Shown here in pieces: positions 1 to 8,726 of a stretch of 64,000 bases of DNA. How positions within the stretch are numbered: the first letter of the stretch is position 1; every line of letters starts with the position of its first letter. Both the position numbers and the translations under genes were made by a program. Source of the DNA: Gemmatimonadaceae bacterium (lineage in GTDB: Bacteria; Gemmatimonadota; Gemmatimonadetes; Gemmatimonadales; Gemmatimonadaceae). The DNA is taken from the NCBI GenBank assembly GCA_036273715.1, contig DASUHB010000064.1, positions 46,495 through 110,494 of the forward strand. Direction: 5' to 3'. The notes beneath the pieces are model-generated. The model was given only the letters and a program-made list of their open reading frames with translations, ran no database searches and was not told the origin of the DNA.

Positions 1-160
1 CATGGCGAGCGTCGCGCTGCTCCGCGCCAACGCGCAGCCGAGCCGCGAGGACATTGCGCACGCGCTCGAGACGAACGTGTGCCGGTGCGGCACGTATCCG
101 CGGATCGTCGCCGCCGTTAGGCGGGCGGCCGCCTCCGGCGGTGGGGAGACGCCGCGATGA
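1..160 (+). CDS. (2Fe-2S)-binding small subunit of a molybdopterin dehydrogenase (CoxS/IorA-like), C-terminal fragment
   Basis: Frame 2 reads ...EDIAHALETNVCRCGTYPRIVAAV..., the NxCRCGTYxRI second Fe-S cluster motif of xanthine dehydrogenase/aldehyde oxidase small subunits. The TGA at 158-160 overlaps the ATG of the next gene (ATGA). Confidence 0.8.
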   Translation, partial: MASVALLRANAQPSREDIAHALETNVCRCGTYPRIVAAVRRAAASGGGETPR

Positions 161-2334
161 ACCCCGCCGATCGACCGGAAGGCGCCTCGCGCCGGGAGTT
201 TTTGAAGATGCTGGGTGGCGGACTGCTGGTGGTGCTCGTCTCGCGCGATGCCCTGGCGAGCCCGGCGCTCGGCGCGCGCCTAACGGAAGGACAAGCGCCC
301 GGCCGGCCGCAGATGCCGGAGAACGTGAGCGCGTGGCTGCACATCGATCAGAACGGCGACGTGACGGTGTTCACCGGGAAGGTCGAGTTCGGCCAGGGCA
401 TCCGCACGTCGCTGGCCCAGGAGGTCGCCGAAGAGCTGCGCGTGCCGATGGCGTCGATCCGGCTCGTGATGGGCGACACCCTGCTCACGCCGTTCGACAT
501 GGGCACGTTCGGCAGCCGCTCGACGCCCCAGATGGGCACCCAGCTCCGCAAGGTTGCCGCCACGGCGCGCGAGCGCCTCGTGGCCCTCGCCGCCGAGCGG
601 TGGCACGTCGATGCGGGCCGCCTAACGACAGCCGATGGGCGCGTCACCGATCCGCAGACGCACAAGTCCGCGCGCTACGGCGATCTCACCGCGGGCCGCA
701 CGATCACCGCCGACGTCAAGGAGGATGTCGCGCTCACTCCCGCGGCGCACTGGACGATCGCCGGCGCGTCGGCGCCGCGCGTCGGCGCCCGGGACCTCGT
801 CACCGGACGCCATCAGTACACGTCGGACATGCGCGTGCCGGACATGCTGTACGCCAAGATCCTTCGACCGGCGTCCATCGGTGCGACGTTGGCCTCGCTC
901 GATTCGAGTGCCGCGGAGTCGATGCCGGGCGTCGTGGTGACGCGGGATGGCGATTTCGTGGGCGTCACGGCGCCGTCGCCGGTGCTCGCGGCCAAAGCGT
1001 TAGGCGCGCTGCGCGCGGCCTGGACGCCGGCGCCGGGTCCGGCGCCGTCCTCGCGCGACATCGACGGCTATCTGCGCCGCACGCCGGCGCCGGAGGCCGG
1101 TCCGGGACACGAAGGCGGCTCCACGGAACCGTTCGAGCGCGGGAACGCGACCGGCGCGCTGGCGTCGGCGCGGCACCGCCTCACGCAGTCGTACACGGTC
1201 GCGTACATCGCGCACGTGCCGCTCGAGCCGCGCGCCGCGCTCGCGCAGGTCACGCATGAACGCGACGGCGACCGGCTGACGGTCTGGACGGGCACGCAAC
1301 GCCCGTTCGCCGTGCGCGACCAGGTGGCGCAGGCGGTCGGGATGCCTAACGATCGCGTTCGCGTCATCGTCCCCGATACGGGATCGGGCTACGGCGGCAA
1401 GCACACCGGTGAAGCGGCCGTCGAAGCCGCGCGGCTCGCCAAGCGGCTCGGCAAACCGGTCAAGCTCGTGTGGACGCGCGAAGAAGAATTCCGTTGGGCG
1501 TACTTCCGGCCGGCCGGCGTGATCGACGTCGATGCCGGCGTCGATGCGGACGGCACCATCACCGCCTGGACCTTCGACAACTACAACTCCGGTCCAGCGG
1601 CGATCCGTCCGCCGTATCCCATCGCCAATCAACGCGTCACGTTCCACCCGTCGGTGTCACCGCTGCGCCAGGGCTCGTATCGCGCCCTGGCAGCGACGGC
1701 CAATCATTTCGCGCGCGAGTCGCACGTCAGCGAGCTCGCCCACATGGTCGATATGGATCCGGTGGCATTTCGCCTCAAGAACATCGATGATCCGCGGCTC
1801 CGCGACGTCGTGCAGAAGGCCGCCGACAAGTTCGGTTGGCAGGGCACGAGTCGTCAGCCGGGACACGGCATCGGTGTGGCCTGCGGATTCGAGAAAGGCG
1901 GCTACGTGGCCACGTGCGCCGAAGTGTCGGTCGACCGCGGATCGGGCGACGTGCGGATCGTGCGCGCCGTGACGGCGTTCGATTGCGGCGCGATCGTGAA
2001 TCCGGATGGCCTGCGCAATCAGATTGCCGGCGCGCTCGTCCAGGGCGTGGGCGGTGCGCTGTTCGAGGCCATCGAGTTCGATCACGGAGTGATTCGCAAC
2101 GCGCACCTTGCCGACTACCGCGTGCCGCGGTTCAGCGATGCGCCGGCGATCGATGTCGTGCTGGTCGATCGCCCCGATGAACCATCGATGGGTGCGGGTG
2201 AGGCGCCGATCATGGCGCTCGCGCCGGCGGTGGCGGCGGCGATCTTCGAGGCGACCGGCGTCAGGCTGCGCAGCCTGCCCATGGCGCCGAGCGGCATCAA
2301 GCTGGCCGCTGCATCGGGCGCCGGCTCCAGTTAG
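157..2334 (+). CDS. Molybdopterin-binding large subunit of an aldehyde oxidase/xanthine dehydrogenase family enzyme (IorB-like), TAT-exported
   Basis: 725-aa ORF with a twin-arginine signal (SRREFLKMLGGGLLVVL). Carries family-typical segments (GQGIRTSLAQ, GSGYGGK, MGAGEAPI). Translationally coupled to the upstream Fe-S subunit. Confidence 0.85.
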   Translation: MNPADRPEGASRREFLKMLGGGLLVVLVSRDALASPALGARLTEGQAPGRPQMPENVSAWLHIDQNGDVTVFTGKVEFGQGIRTSLAQEVAEELRVPMASIRLVMGDTLLTPFDMGTFGSRSTPQMGTQLRKVAATARERLVALAAERWHVDAGRLTTADGRVTDPQTHKSARYGDLTAGRTITADVKEDVALTPAAHWTIAGASAPRVGARDLVTGRHQYTSDMRVPDMLYAKILRPASIGATLASLDSSAAESMPGVVVTRDGDFVGVTAPSPVLAAKALGALRAAWTPAPGPAPSSRDIDGYLRRTPAPEAGPGHEGGSTEPFERGNATGALASARHRLTQSYTVAYIAHVPLEPRAALAQVTHERDGDRLTVWTGTQRPFAVRDQVAQAVGMPNDRVRVIVPDTGSGYGGKHTGEAAVEAARLAKRLGKPVKLVWTREEEFRWAYFRPAGVIDVDAGVDADGTITAWTFDNYNSGPAAIRPPYPIANQRVTFHPSVSPLRQGSYRALAATANHFARESHVSELAHMVDMDPVAFRLKNIDDPRLRDVVQKAADKFGWQGTSRQPGHGIGVACGFEKGGYVATCAEVSVDRGSGDVRIVRAVTAFDCGAIVNPDGLRNQIAGALVQGVGGALFEAIEFDHGVIRNAHLADYRVPRFSDAPAIDVVLVDRPDEPSMGAGEAPIMALAPAVAAAIFEATGVRLRSLPMAPSGIKLAAASGAGSS

Positions 2335-2343
2335 GCGAAAGCC

Positions 2344-2808
2344 TTACGGCCGGCCCCCGGCGCTGTCCGGCCGGAAGCGGCGCCCGCGGCGGTGCTGCCG
2401 GAGCGATCGGAACTTGTCGCGCTGCTCCGGGGTCAGCACGCTGTCGATCTGGGCCCGGGTCGCGCCGATGAGCGCGCGAACCTGCGGGCTCGTCGCTTTG
2501 CGGATCGAGTCCAGCATCGCCATCCGGCGCATCATGATGGTATCGATGCGCGCCTCCTGATCCGGCGTCAGGCGCAGCTGGCGGGCGAGCCCGGCGAGCA
2601 TGTGCGCCCGGGCGCTGTCCGCGTTCGGCCTAACGGGGTTGCGCATCACCCCGAATGCCCCGAACGGAGGGCGGCGAGGCCGGAAGAAGGCACGGTCGAG
2701 GCCGATGCCGACGAGAATGCCGGCAATCAGCGTCACGGCCACGACGACCGCCGCCATTGCGCGCGGCGAGAAGGCGCCGTCGGGTCGATCCCCACGCGGA
2801 GCCGTCAT
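2344..2808 (-). CDS. Spy/CpxP/ZraP-like (LTXXQ) periplasmic stress protein, membrane anchored
   Basis: 154 aa from ATG 2808, which makes an ATGA overlap with the upstream stop. One N-terminal hydrophobic segment is followed by a helical domain with LTPDQ and LTPEQ motifs. The longer track ORF (to 3033) has an Arg/Gly-rich off-frame-like N-terminus that overlaps the neighbouring gene. Confidence 0.6.
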   Translation of the reverse strand: MTAPRGDRPDGAFSPRAMAAVVVAVTLIAGILVGIGLDRAFFRPRRPPFGAFGVMRNPVRPNADSARAHMLAGLARQLRLTPDQEARIDTIMMRRMAMLDSIRKATSPQVRALIGATRAQIDSVLTPEQRDKFRSLRQHRRGRRFRPDSAGGRP

Positions 2809-3194
2809 TGCGCGAGCACCTCGGCGGCGAACGATTCGGTGGTCGGTTGGCCGACGATGGAGACTGACACGTCCTGGTCGGGCGCGGCGCCGGTGACCGC
2901 CTCGATGAGCGTTGGCGCGGCCTCGCTCGATTCGGGCACCGACCGATCGTGCATGATGAGCGCGAACGCCGCGATCGCCGCCGCCACGGCCAGCGGCACT
3001 GCCGCCCGCGTCCAGCGTGCCGCGTGCTCCCACCAGCGCCGCGGCCGCGCCACCGCGCGGCTGCCTAACGCAGCGACGTGGATCCGGCGCGCCAGCGCGT
3101 CCCAGTCCACCTCGTCGTACGGCGGCTCGCCGGACACGCGCTCGAGCTGCGCCCTCAGCTCCGACTCGAGTCGGCCGTGCTGTTCGTCACTCAT
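2805..3194 (-). CDS. Putative anti-sigma factor (single-pass membrane protein)
   Basis: 129 aa; the start overlaps the sigma factor stop by 8 nt. Soluble N-terminus, one TM (AVPLAVAAAIAAFALI) and a short extracytoplasmic tail. No HxxxCxxC zinc motif, so the call rests on position and topology. Confidence 0.5.
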   Translation of the reverse strand: MSDEQHGRLESELRAQLERVSGEPPYDEVDWDALARRIHVAALGSRAVARPRRWWEHAARWTRAAVPLAVAAAIAAFALIMHDRSVPESSEAAPTLIEAVTGAAPDQDVSVSIVGQPTTESFAAEVLAQ

Positions 3195-3849
3195 CGTTCC
3201 GTTCTCCGCGCAGCGGCGCGAGCGCTTTTCGCAACGCGTGCCGCGCCATGTGGAGGTGCCAGCGCACCGTCCCTTGTGAAACGCCTAACATTGCCGCGAT
3301 CTCGACGCCCGACATGCCGTCGATGTCTGCCAACTCCACGATCAACCGCTGACGTTGCGACAATCCGCCCAACGCGGCCTGGAACCGCTCGCGGATTTCC
3401 GTGCGGTCGTACAGGCCGGCCGGCGATGGCTCGGCGGCCTCGAGCGTGTCCAGCGGCATCGCTTCCGTCCGTCGAATCGCTCGCGACTTCCGCGCATTGA
3501 GACCGCGATTCACGACGATGCGGAAGAACCACGGTCCGAACGGGCGCGACAGATCGAACGATGCGATCCGCTCGAGGGCCGTGAGAAACGCGTCCTGCAC
3601 CAGATCTTCGGCGTCCTCGCGATGGCCTAACACACGATAGGCGATCGCGAACGCCCGGCGCATGTAGCGCCGCACCACGAGATCGAACGCCGCCACATCG
3701 CCGCGCTGCACGCGCGCGAGCAGCGCCGCTTCTTCCGCGAACGCGCGCGCGCGCTCCGACGACTCGGGGACGCTCGATTCCACGACCGCGCTCACGCGGG
3801 TCGCAACGCCCCACACGGGCGCGGATTGGACATCCACCGGACACGACAC
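3187..3849 (-). CDS. ECF (sigma-70 family, group IV) RNA polymerase sigma factor
   Basis: Region 2 (EDAEDLVQDAFLTALE) and region 4 (MSGVEIAAMLGVSQGTVRWHLHMAR) signatures. The true start may lie downstream of the first ATG. Confidence 0.85.
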   Translation of the reverse strand: MSCPVDVQSAPVWGVATRVSAVVESSVPESSERARAFAEEAALLARVQRGDVAAFDLVVRRYMRRAFAIAYRVLGHREDAEDLVQDAFLTALERIASFDLSRPFGPWFFRIVVNRGLNARKSRAIRRTEAMPLDTLEAAEPSPAGLYDRTEIRERFQAALGGLSQRQRLIVELADIDGMSGVEIAAMLGVSQGTVRWHLHMARHALRKALAPLRGERNDE

Positions 3850-3947
3850 GATCGGCGCATTCCTCTCACGGGATGACGCTCACCGGGCGAACCGGACAGC
3901 CAGACCACCCGCTACGAATACCGGCTGGCGAGCCAGACCGTTGGGCG

Positions 3948-4487
3948 TCAGGGGCCGTTCCCGCCACCCATGCGCGAGCGCATCTGTTGGTCGCGCTTCT
4001 CGTCCTCATCGTGAATCTTTTGCACGTTGGCGTCGAACTTGGGCTGCTGATCGGGCGTCAACAGGGCGCGCGCATCGCCGAACTCCTGATCGCGCAGCTG
4101 TCGCGCGCCGGTGCGCAGCGACTTGGCCGAGTCCGGATCGGCGCTGCCGTCCTGCATCAGCGTCCACAAAGCACGGCCGTAGTCGCCCAACTGGGGCCGG
4201 AACGCCTTCTCGAGTTTGTCGAGCGTGTCCTTCTGCGCATTCTCGAGCTTGATGTCTTTGAGCGCGGGTTTGAGCGCGGCCATGTCTTCGAAGCGCTTCT
4301 GGGTATCGTCTTCGGACATCTGATGGCGCTGGCCGCCACGGTTGCCTCCGAATCCGCGCCGTCCCATGCCACCCATTCCGCCCATGCCGCCGCCGCCCGG
4401 ATATCCTTGTGCGGCGGCAGCCCCGGGTCCGAGCGCAAGCGCGGCTGCCGCGGCGCTCGCGAGTGTCAGCAGGGTCATCCGTCGCAT
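3948..4487 (-). CDS. Secreted Spy/CpxP-like (LTXXQ) protein with a Gly/Met-rich linker
   Basis: Sec signal peptide (MRRMTLLTLASAAAAALALGPGAAAAQ), a GGMGGMGGMG tract, and a helical domain with LLTPDQQ. The opposite-strand ORF 3873..4823 looks off-frame. Confidence 0.6.
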   Translation of the reverse strand: MRRMTLLTLASAAAAALALGPGAAAAQGYPGGGGMGGMGGMGRRGFGGNRGGQRHQMSEDDTQKRFEDMAALKPALKDIKLENAQKDTLDKLEKAFRPQLGDYGRALWTLMQDGSADPDSAKSLRTGARQLRDQEFGDARALLTPDQQPKFDANVQKIHDEDEKRDQQMRSRMGGGNGP

Positions 4488-4654
4488 CGATCATCTCCGG
4501 CTCGAGGCATGCGAGCGACGCACGCGCGTCGCGGTGAGCATGCATCATACACCGACCGTGCGCGAGTCGTTGGATTCTTTGCGCCGTTGACACCCCTCGG
4601 GGGCGGGGTTATGCTGCGCGCCGGCGCACGGCGCAAGCGTGCCGCGCCGCCATG

Positions 4655-4830
4655 CAGCTCGGTAGGCGAGGTTCCCGCGTCACACACAGGCCACTGCCCG
4701 GCGGTCTCGAGAGAGGCTTCGACCGTGGTAGAGCAGGCACTCCCGAGCAAGGGTTTGCCTAACGTGGCTGGGATTCCAGATGGAATCTCTCACGGGACGC
4801 GGTGCCAAAGCTCAAACGAGTGAGAGCACG
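4655..4830 (+). promoter_or_regulatory. M-box (ykoK leader) Mg2+-sensing riboswitch upstream of mgtA
   Basis: GGUAGGCGAGGUUCCCG...CACUGCCCGG...GGUGCCAAAGCUCAAACGAGUGAGAG parallels the B. subtilis ykoK leader blocks GUUAGGUGAGGCUCCUG...GCUGCCC...GUGCUAAAGCUCUACGA. It sits about 70 nt upstream of a MgtA-type ATPase. An imperfect hairpin follows at 4830-4852 without a U-tract. Confidence 0.75.
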
Positions 4831-4901
4831 GGCTTCCCGACCTCGGGAGCCCGGCTGGCGCCGATCGGCCCCTTCGCTCACTCCCGGGCGATGGGGCCGT
4901 T

Positions 4902-7661
4902 GTGTCGGAACGGGAGGACGCGATCGCGATGCCGATGACGTCGCTGCGCCCGGGGGCGCGCGGGACACAGTGGACGGACCAGGCGCTCGAGCTCCTGCGC
5001 CTGCGCCCGGGCGGCCGCACGCCCAACGACCCCGGCGCCGGCGCGGGCGACCCGCGGGCGCAGGCGCTGTTCGTCTATGCGGGCGCAGACTGGACGGCCG
5101 CGCTCGAGCGCCTGGCCACCACCCGCCACGGCCTAACGACGGCCGCGGCTGATCAGCGCCGCGACGAGATCGGCCTCAACGAAATCGCGCACGAACGGGC
5201 GCCCGCGTGGTACATGCAGCTCGTCCACGCGTTCATCAATCCGTTCATCGGCGTGCTCGCCGTGTTGGGCGTCGTGTCGTACGCCACCGGAGACGTAAAA
5301 GCCGTGATCGTCATCTCGGTGATGGTCACGATCAGCGCGCTGCTGCGATTCGTCCAGGAGTTCCGGTCGAACCGCGCCGCGCTCGCGCTCAAAGCGATGG
5401 TGCGCACCGGCGCCACGGTCGAGCGCACCGACGAGCCATCCGAGGACGACCCGTCGCCGCGGCCGCGTCGCCGCGAAGTGCCGATCGAGGAGCTGGTGCC
5501 CGGCGACGTGATCGCGCTCTCAGCCGGCGACATGGTGCCTGCCGATGTGCGGTTCCTCTCGGCGAAAGACCTGTTCGTTAGTCAATCGGCTCTGACGGGC
5601 GAAGCGGTGCCGGTCGAGAAGGGCGACGCGCCGGTCGACGTCGCCTCCGGCCGCGTCACGTTAGGCGAGCTGCGCAACATCGGCTTCCTCGGCACGTCGG
5701 TGGTCAGCGGCACCGCCGCCGCCGTCGTCGTGGCGACCGGCGATCGGACCTACTTCGGCGCCATGGCCCGCAGCCTCATCGGCCGCCGCCCCGTCACGTC
5801 GTTCGACATCGGCGTCAACAAGGTGAGCTGGCTGCTCATCCGGTTCATGCTGGTCATGGTGCCGATCGTCTTCGTGATCAACGGCGTCTCCAAAGGCGAC
5901 TGGCTGGAGGCGTTTCTGTTCGGCGTCGCGGTGGCCGTCGGCCTAACGCCGGAAATGCTGCCGATGATCGTCACCGCGAACCTCGCCAAGGGCGCGGTGG
6001 TCATGGCGCGCCACAAGACCATCGTCAAGCGCCTCAACGCCATTCAGAATTTCGGCGCGATGGATGTGCTGTGCACCGACAAGACGGGCACGCTCACGCA
6101 GGATCGCATCATTCTCGAGCGACACTTGAACGTCGTCGGCGAGGACGACGAGTCGGTGCTCGCCCTCGCCTACCTCAACAGCACGTATCAGACGGGCCTG
6201 CGCAGCCTGCTCGACCGCGCCGTGCTCGAGCACAAGGATCTGAGCGACGAACTGCGCGTCGAACGGGATTTCCGCAAAGTCGACGAGATTCCGTGGGACT
6301 TCGCGCGGAAGCGCATGTCGGTGGTGCTCGAGGAAAAGCAGACCGCGCACGTGCTCATCTGCAAGGGGGCCGCCGAAGAGATCCTCGCCGTCTGCTCGCA
6401 GGTCCGCGATGAAGACGTCGTCACGCCGCTCACCGACGACGCCGCGGAAAGCGCGATCGATCTCGCGCGCGAGCTGAATGAAGATGGATTGCGGGTCGTC
6501 GCCGTGGCCTATCGCGAATTCCCCGCGCAGGATCGCGCCTACACCGTTGGCGACGAGTCGTCGCTCATCCTCGCCGGCTTCATCGGCTTCCTCGACCCGC
6601 CCAAGGAAACCGCCGGGCCGGCGCTCACCGCGCTCCGCGACCATGGCGTCACCGTCAAGATCCTCACCGGCGACAACGACGTCATCGCGCGCAAGGTGTG
6701 CCACGACGTCGGCCTCGAGCCCGGCGACATTGCGTTAGGCGCGGACCTCGAAGCGCTGTCCGACGACGAGCTGGGCGACCTCGCCGCGCGCACGACGATC
6801 TTCGCCAAGCTCACGCCCACGCAGAAAACGCGCATCGTCGGCGCCCTGCGCACCCGCGGCCACACGGTGGGTTTCCTGGGCGACGGCATCAACGATGCCG
6901 GCGCACTGCGCGAGGCCGATGTCGGCATTTCCGTCGACTCGGCCGTCGACATCGCCAAGGAATACGCCGACATCATCCTGCTCGAGAAGAGCTTGATGGT
7001 GCTCGAAGAAGGCGTCATCGAAGGACGCAAGACGTTCGGCAACATCATGAAGTACATCAAAATGACGGCGAGCTCGAACTTCGGGAACGTGTTCAGCGTC
7101 CTCATTGCCAGCGCGTTCCTGCCGTTCCTGCCGATGCTGCCGATTCAGCTGCTCATCCAGAATCTGCTGTATGACATCTCGCAGATTTCGATTCCGTTCG
7201 ACGACATGGATGCCGACTACCTCGCGCGGCCGCGAATCTGGAAGGCCGACGACATCGGCCGATTCATGGTCTGCATCGGGCCGATCAGCTCCATCTTTGA
7301 CGTCGCGACGTTCCTCCTCATGTGGTATGTGTACAAGGCGAACGCCGTGCCGCATCAGGCGCTGTTCCAATCGGCGTGGTTCGTCGAAGGCCTGCTCTCG
7401 CAAACGCTGATCGTCCACATGATCCGCACCGCCAAAGTCCCATTCCTCAAGAGCCGTGCGGCGTGGCCGGTGCTCGCGCTCACGGCCACGATCATGGTGA
7501 TCGGCATCGCGCTTCCGTTCATCACGTTAGGCGAACGCGTCGGCCTCGAGCCGCTTCCCGGCAGCTACTTCCTGTGGCTGCTCGGCATTCTGTTGTCGTA
7601 CGGGTTGCTCACCCAGGTCGTGAAGACCTGGTACATCCGCCGCTTTCACGCCTGGCTGTAG
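4902..7661 (+). CDS. mgtA: Magnesium-translocating P-type ATPase
   Basis: Carries CTDKTGTLTQ, TGDN, GDGINDAGALREADVGISV, and the MgtA-typical AVGLTPEMLPMIVT. Length is close to the roughly 900 aa of MgtA. Preceded by the M-box. The start is GTG 4902 or ATG 4929. Confidence 0.92.
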   Translation: MSEREDAIAMPMTSLRPGARGTQWTDQALELLRLRPGGRTPNDPGAGAGDPRAQALFVYAGADWTAALERLATTRHGLTTAAADQRRDEIGLNEIAHERAPAWYMQLVHAFINPFIGVLAVLGVVSYATGDVKAVIVISVMVTISALLRFVQEFRSNRAALALKAMVRTGATVERTDEPSEDDPSPRPRRREVPIEELVPGDVIALSAGDMVPADVRFLSAKDLFVSQSALTGEAVPVEKGDAPVDVASGRVTLGELRNIGFLGTSVVSGTAAAVVVATGDRTYFGAMARSLIGRRPVTSFDIGVNKVSWLLIRFMLVMVPIVFVINGVSKGDWLEAFLFGVAVAVGLTPEMLPMIVTANLAKGAVVMARHKTIVKRLNAIQNFGAMDVLCTDKTGTLTQDRIILERHLNVVGEDDESVLALAYLNSTYQTGLRSLLDRAVLEHKDLSDELRVERDFRKVDEIPWDFARKRMSVVLEEKQTAHVLICKGAAEEILAVCSQVRDEDVVTPLTDDAAESAIDLARELNEDGLRVVAVAYREFPAQDRAYTVGDESSLILAGFIGFLDPPKETAGPALTALRDHGVTVKILTGDNDVIARKVCHDVGLEPGDIALGADLEALSDDELGDLAARTTIFAKLTPTQKTRIVGALRTRGHTVGFLGDGINDAGALREADVGISVDSAVDIAKEYADIILLEKSLMVLEEGVIEGRKTFGNIMKYIKMTASSNFGNVFSVLIASAFLPFLPMLPIQLLIQNLLYDISQISIPFDDMDADYLARPRIWKADDIGRFMVCIGPISSIFDVATFLLMWYVYKANAVPHQALFQSAWFVEGLLSQTLIVHMIRTAKVPFLKSRAAWPVLALTATIMVIGIALPFITLGERVGLEPLPGSYFLWLLGILLSYGLLTQVVKTWYIRRFHAWL

Positions 7662-7665
7662 CGCG

Positions 7666-8718
7666 ATGCGATTCGCCTCCATGATCCACGCCGTCGACGC
7701 ACACGCGTGCGGCGAGCCCGGTCGGGTGATCGTCGGCGGCGTGCTCGACGTGCCAGGCGCATCGATGTTCGAGAAGATGTGCCATCTGCGCGACCATGCC
7801 GACGCACTCAGGCTGCGCATGCTGCGCGAGCCGCGCGGCTATCCGGCCGCCAATTGCAATGTCATTCTTCCGCCGACGCATCCCGAGGCCGATGCGGGCT
7901 TCGTGATCATGGAGCAGGTCGAGTATCCCGGCATGTCGGGCACCAACACGATCTGCGTCACCACCGTCCTGCTCGAAACCGGCATGCTTGCGATGCGCGA
8001 GCCGGTGACCGAACTGACCCTCGAGACGCCCGCGGGTCTCGTACGCGTGCGCGCCGATTGTGCTAACGGCAAGGTGCAGCGAGTCACGTTCCGGAACGTG
8101 CCGTCGTTCGCCGTGCACCTCGATGCGCCGGTCGAAGTGCCGCACCTGGGCACGGTGCCGGTGGACGTCGCGTACGGCGGGATGTTCTACGTGATCGCCG
8201 ATGCCGGCCGCTTCGGCCTCCGCCTAACGCCGGACGAGGGGCGCGACATCGTGCGCCTGGGCGAGATGATCAAGGCGGCGGCCCGCGAGCAGTTGCCCGT
8301 GTCGCATCCCGAGCAGCCGGGCTTCAGCGGCATCACCATCGCCCAACTGTCCGGCGCGCCATCGTCGCCGAGTGCGCACGCGCGCAATGCGGTGGTGGTG
8401 TCGACGGGCACGCTGGACTGGAACCGGCCGGCCACCTGGACCGGCGCGATCGACCGCTCACCGTGCGGCACGGGCACCTGCGCGAAGATGGCGACGCTGC
8501 ACGCCCGCGGCCTGCTGCCGCTGGAGCGAGATTTCCAGCACGAGGGCGTGTTAGGCACCGTGTTCACCGGGCGCCTCGTGGCCGAGACGATGGTGGGAGC
8601 CTATCGGGCCGTCGTGCCGACGCTCAGCGGGCAGGCCTGGATCACCGGGTTCAGCTCGTACGTCGTCGACCCGACCGACCCGTTTCAGGAGGGCTTTACC
8701 GTCGGCGATATCTGGTGA
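7666..8718 (+). CDS. Proline racemase/4-hydroxyproline epimerase superfamily protein with a Ser/Cys catalytic pair (specificity unknown)
   Basis: Contains VDAHACGEPGRV and IDRSPCGTGTCAKMATL family motifs. The first catalytic position reads PGMSGTNT (Ser, not Cys). Starts 5 nt after the mgtA stop. Confidence 0.8.
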   Translation: MRFASMIHAVDAHACGEPGRVIVGGVLDVPGASMFEKMCHLRDHADALRLRMLREPRGYPAANCNVILPPTHPEADAGFVIMEQVEYPGMSGTNTICVTTVLLETGMLAMREPVTELTLETPAGLVRVRADCANGKVQRVTFRNVPSFAVHLDAPVEVPHLGTVPVDVAYGGMFYVIADAGRFGLRLTPDEGRDIVRLGEMIKAAAREQLPVSHPEQPGFSGITIAQLSGAPSSPSAHARNAVVVSTGTLDWNRPATWTGAIDRSPCGTGTCAKMATLHARGLLPLERDFQHEGVLGTVFTGRLVAETMVGAYRAVVPTLSGQAWITGFSSYVVDPTDPFQEGFTVGDIW

Positions 8719-8726
8719 CCCGTGCG

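Noticed and set aside
3850-3947. An autoregulated ECF-type promoter (GGAAC-N16/17-CGTC-like) upstream of the sigma factor gene.
   Set aside because: I could not find a convincing -35/-10 pair by eye. Only a weak GGTTC...CGTC arrangement is present.
4830-4852. Hairpin GGGCTTCCCGA..TCGGGAGCCC after the M-box, as an intrinsic terminator (expression platform).
   Set aside because: The stem is imperfect and no U-tract follows. The riboswitch may act on translation, or through Rho, in this organism, so I did not annotate a terminator.
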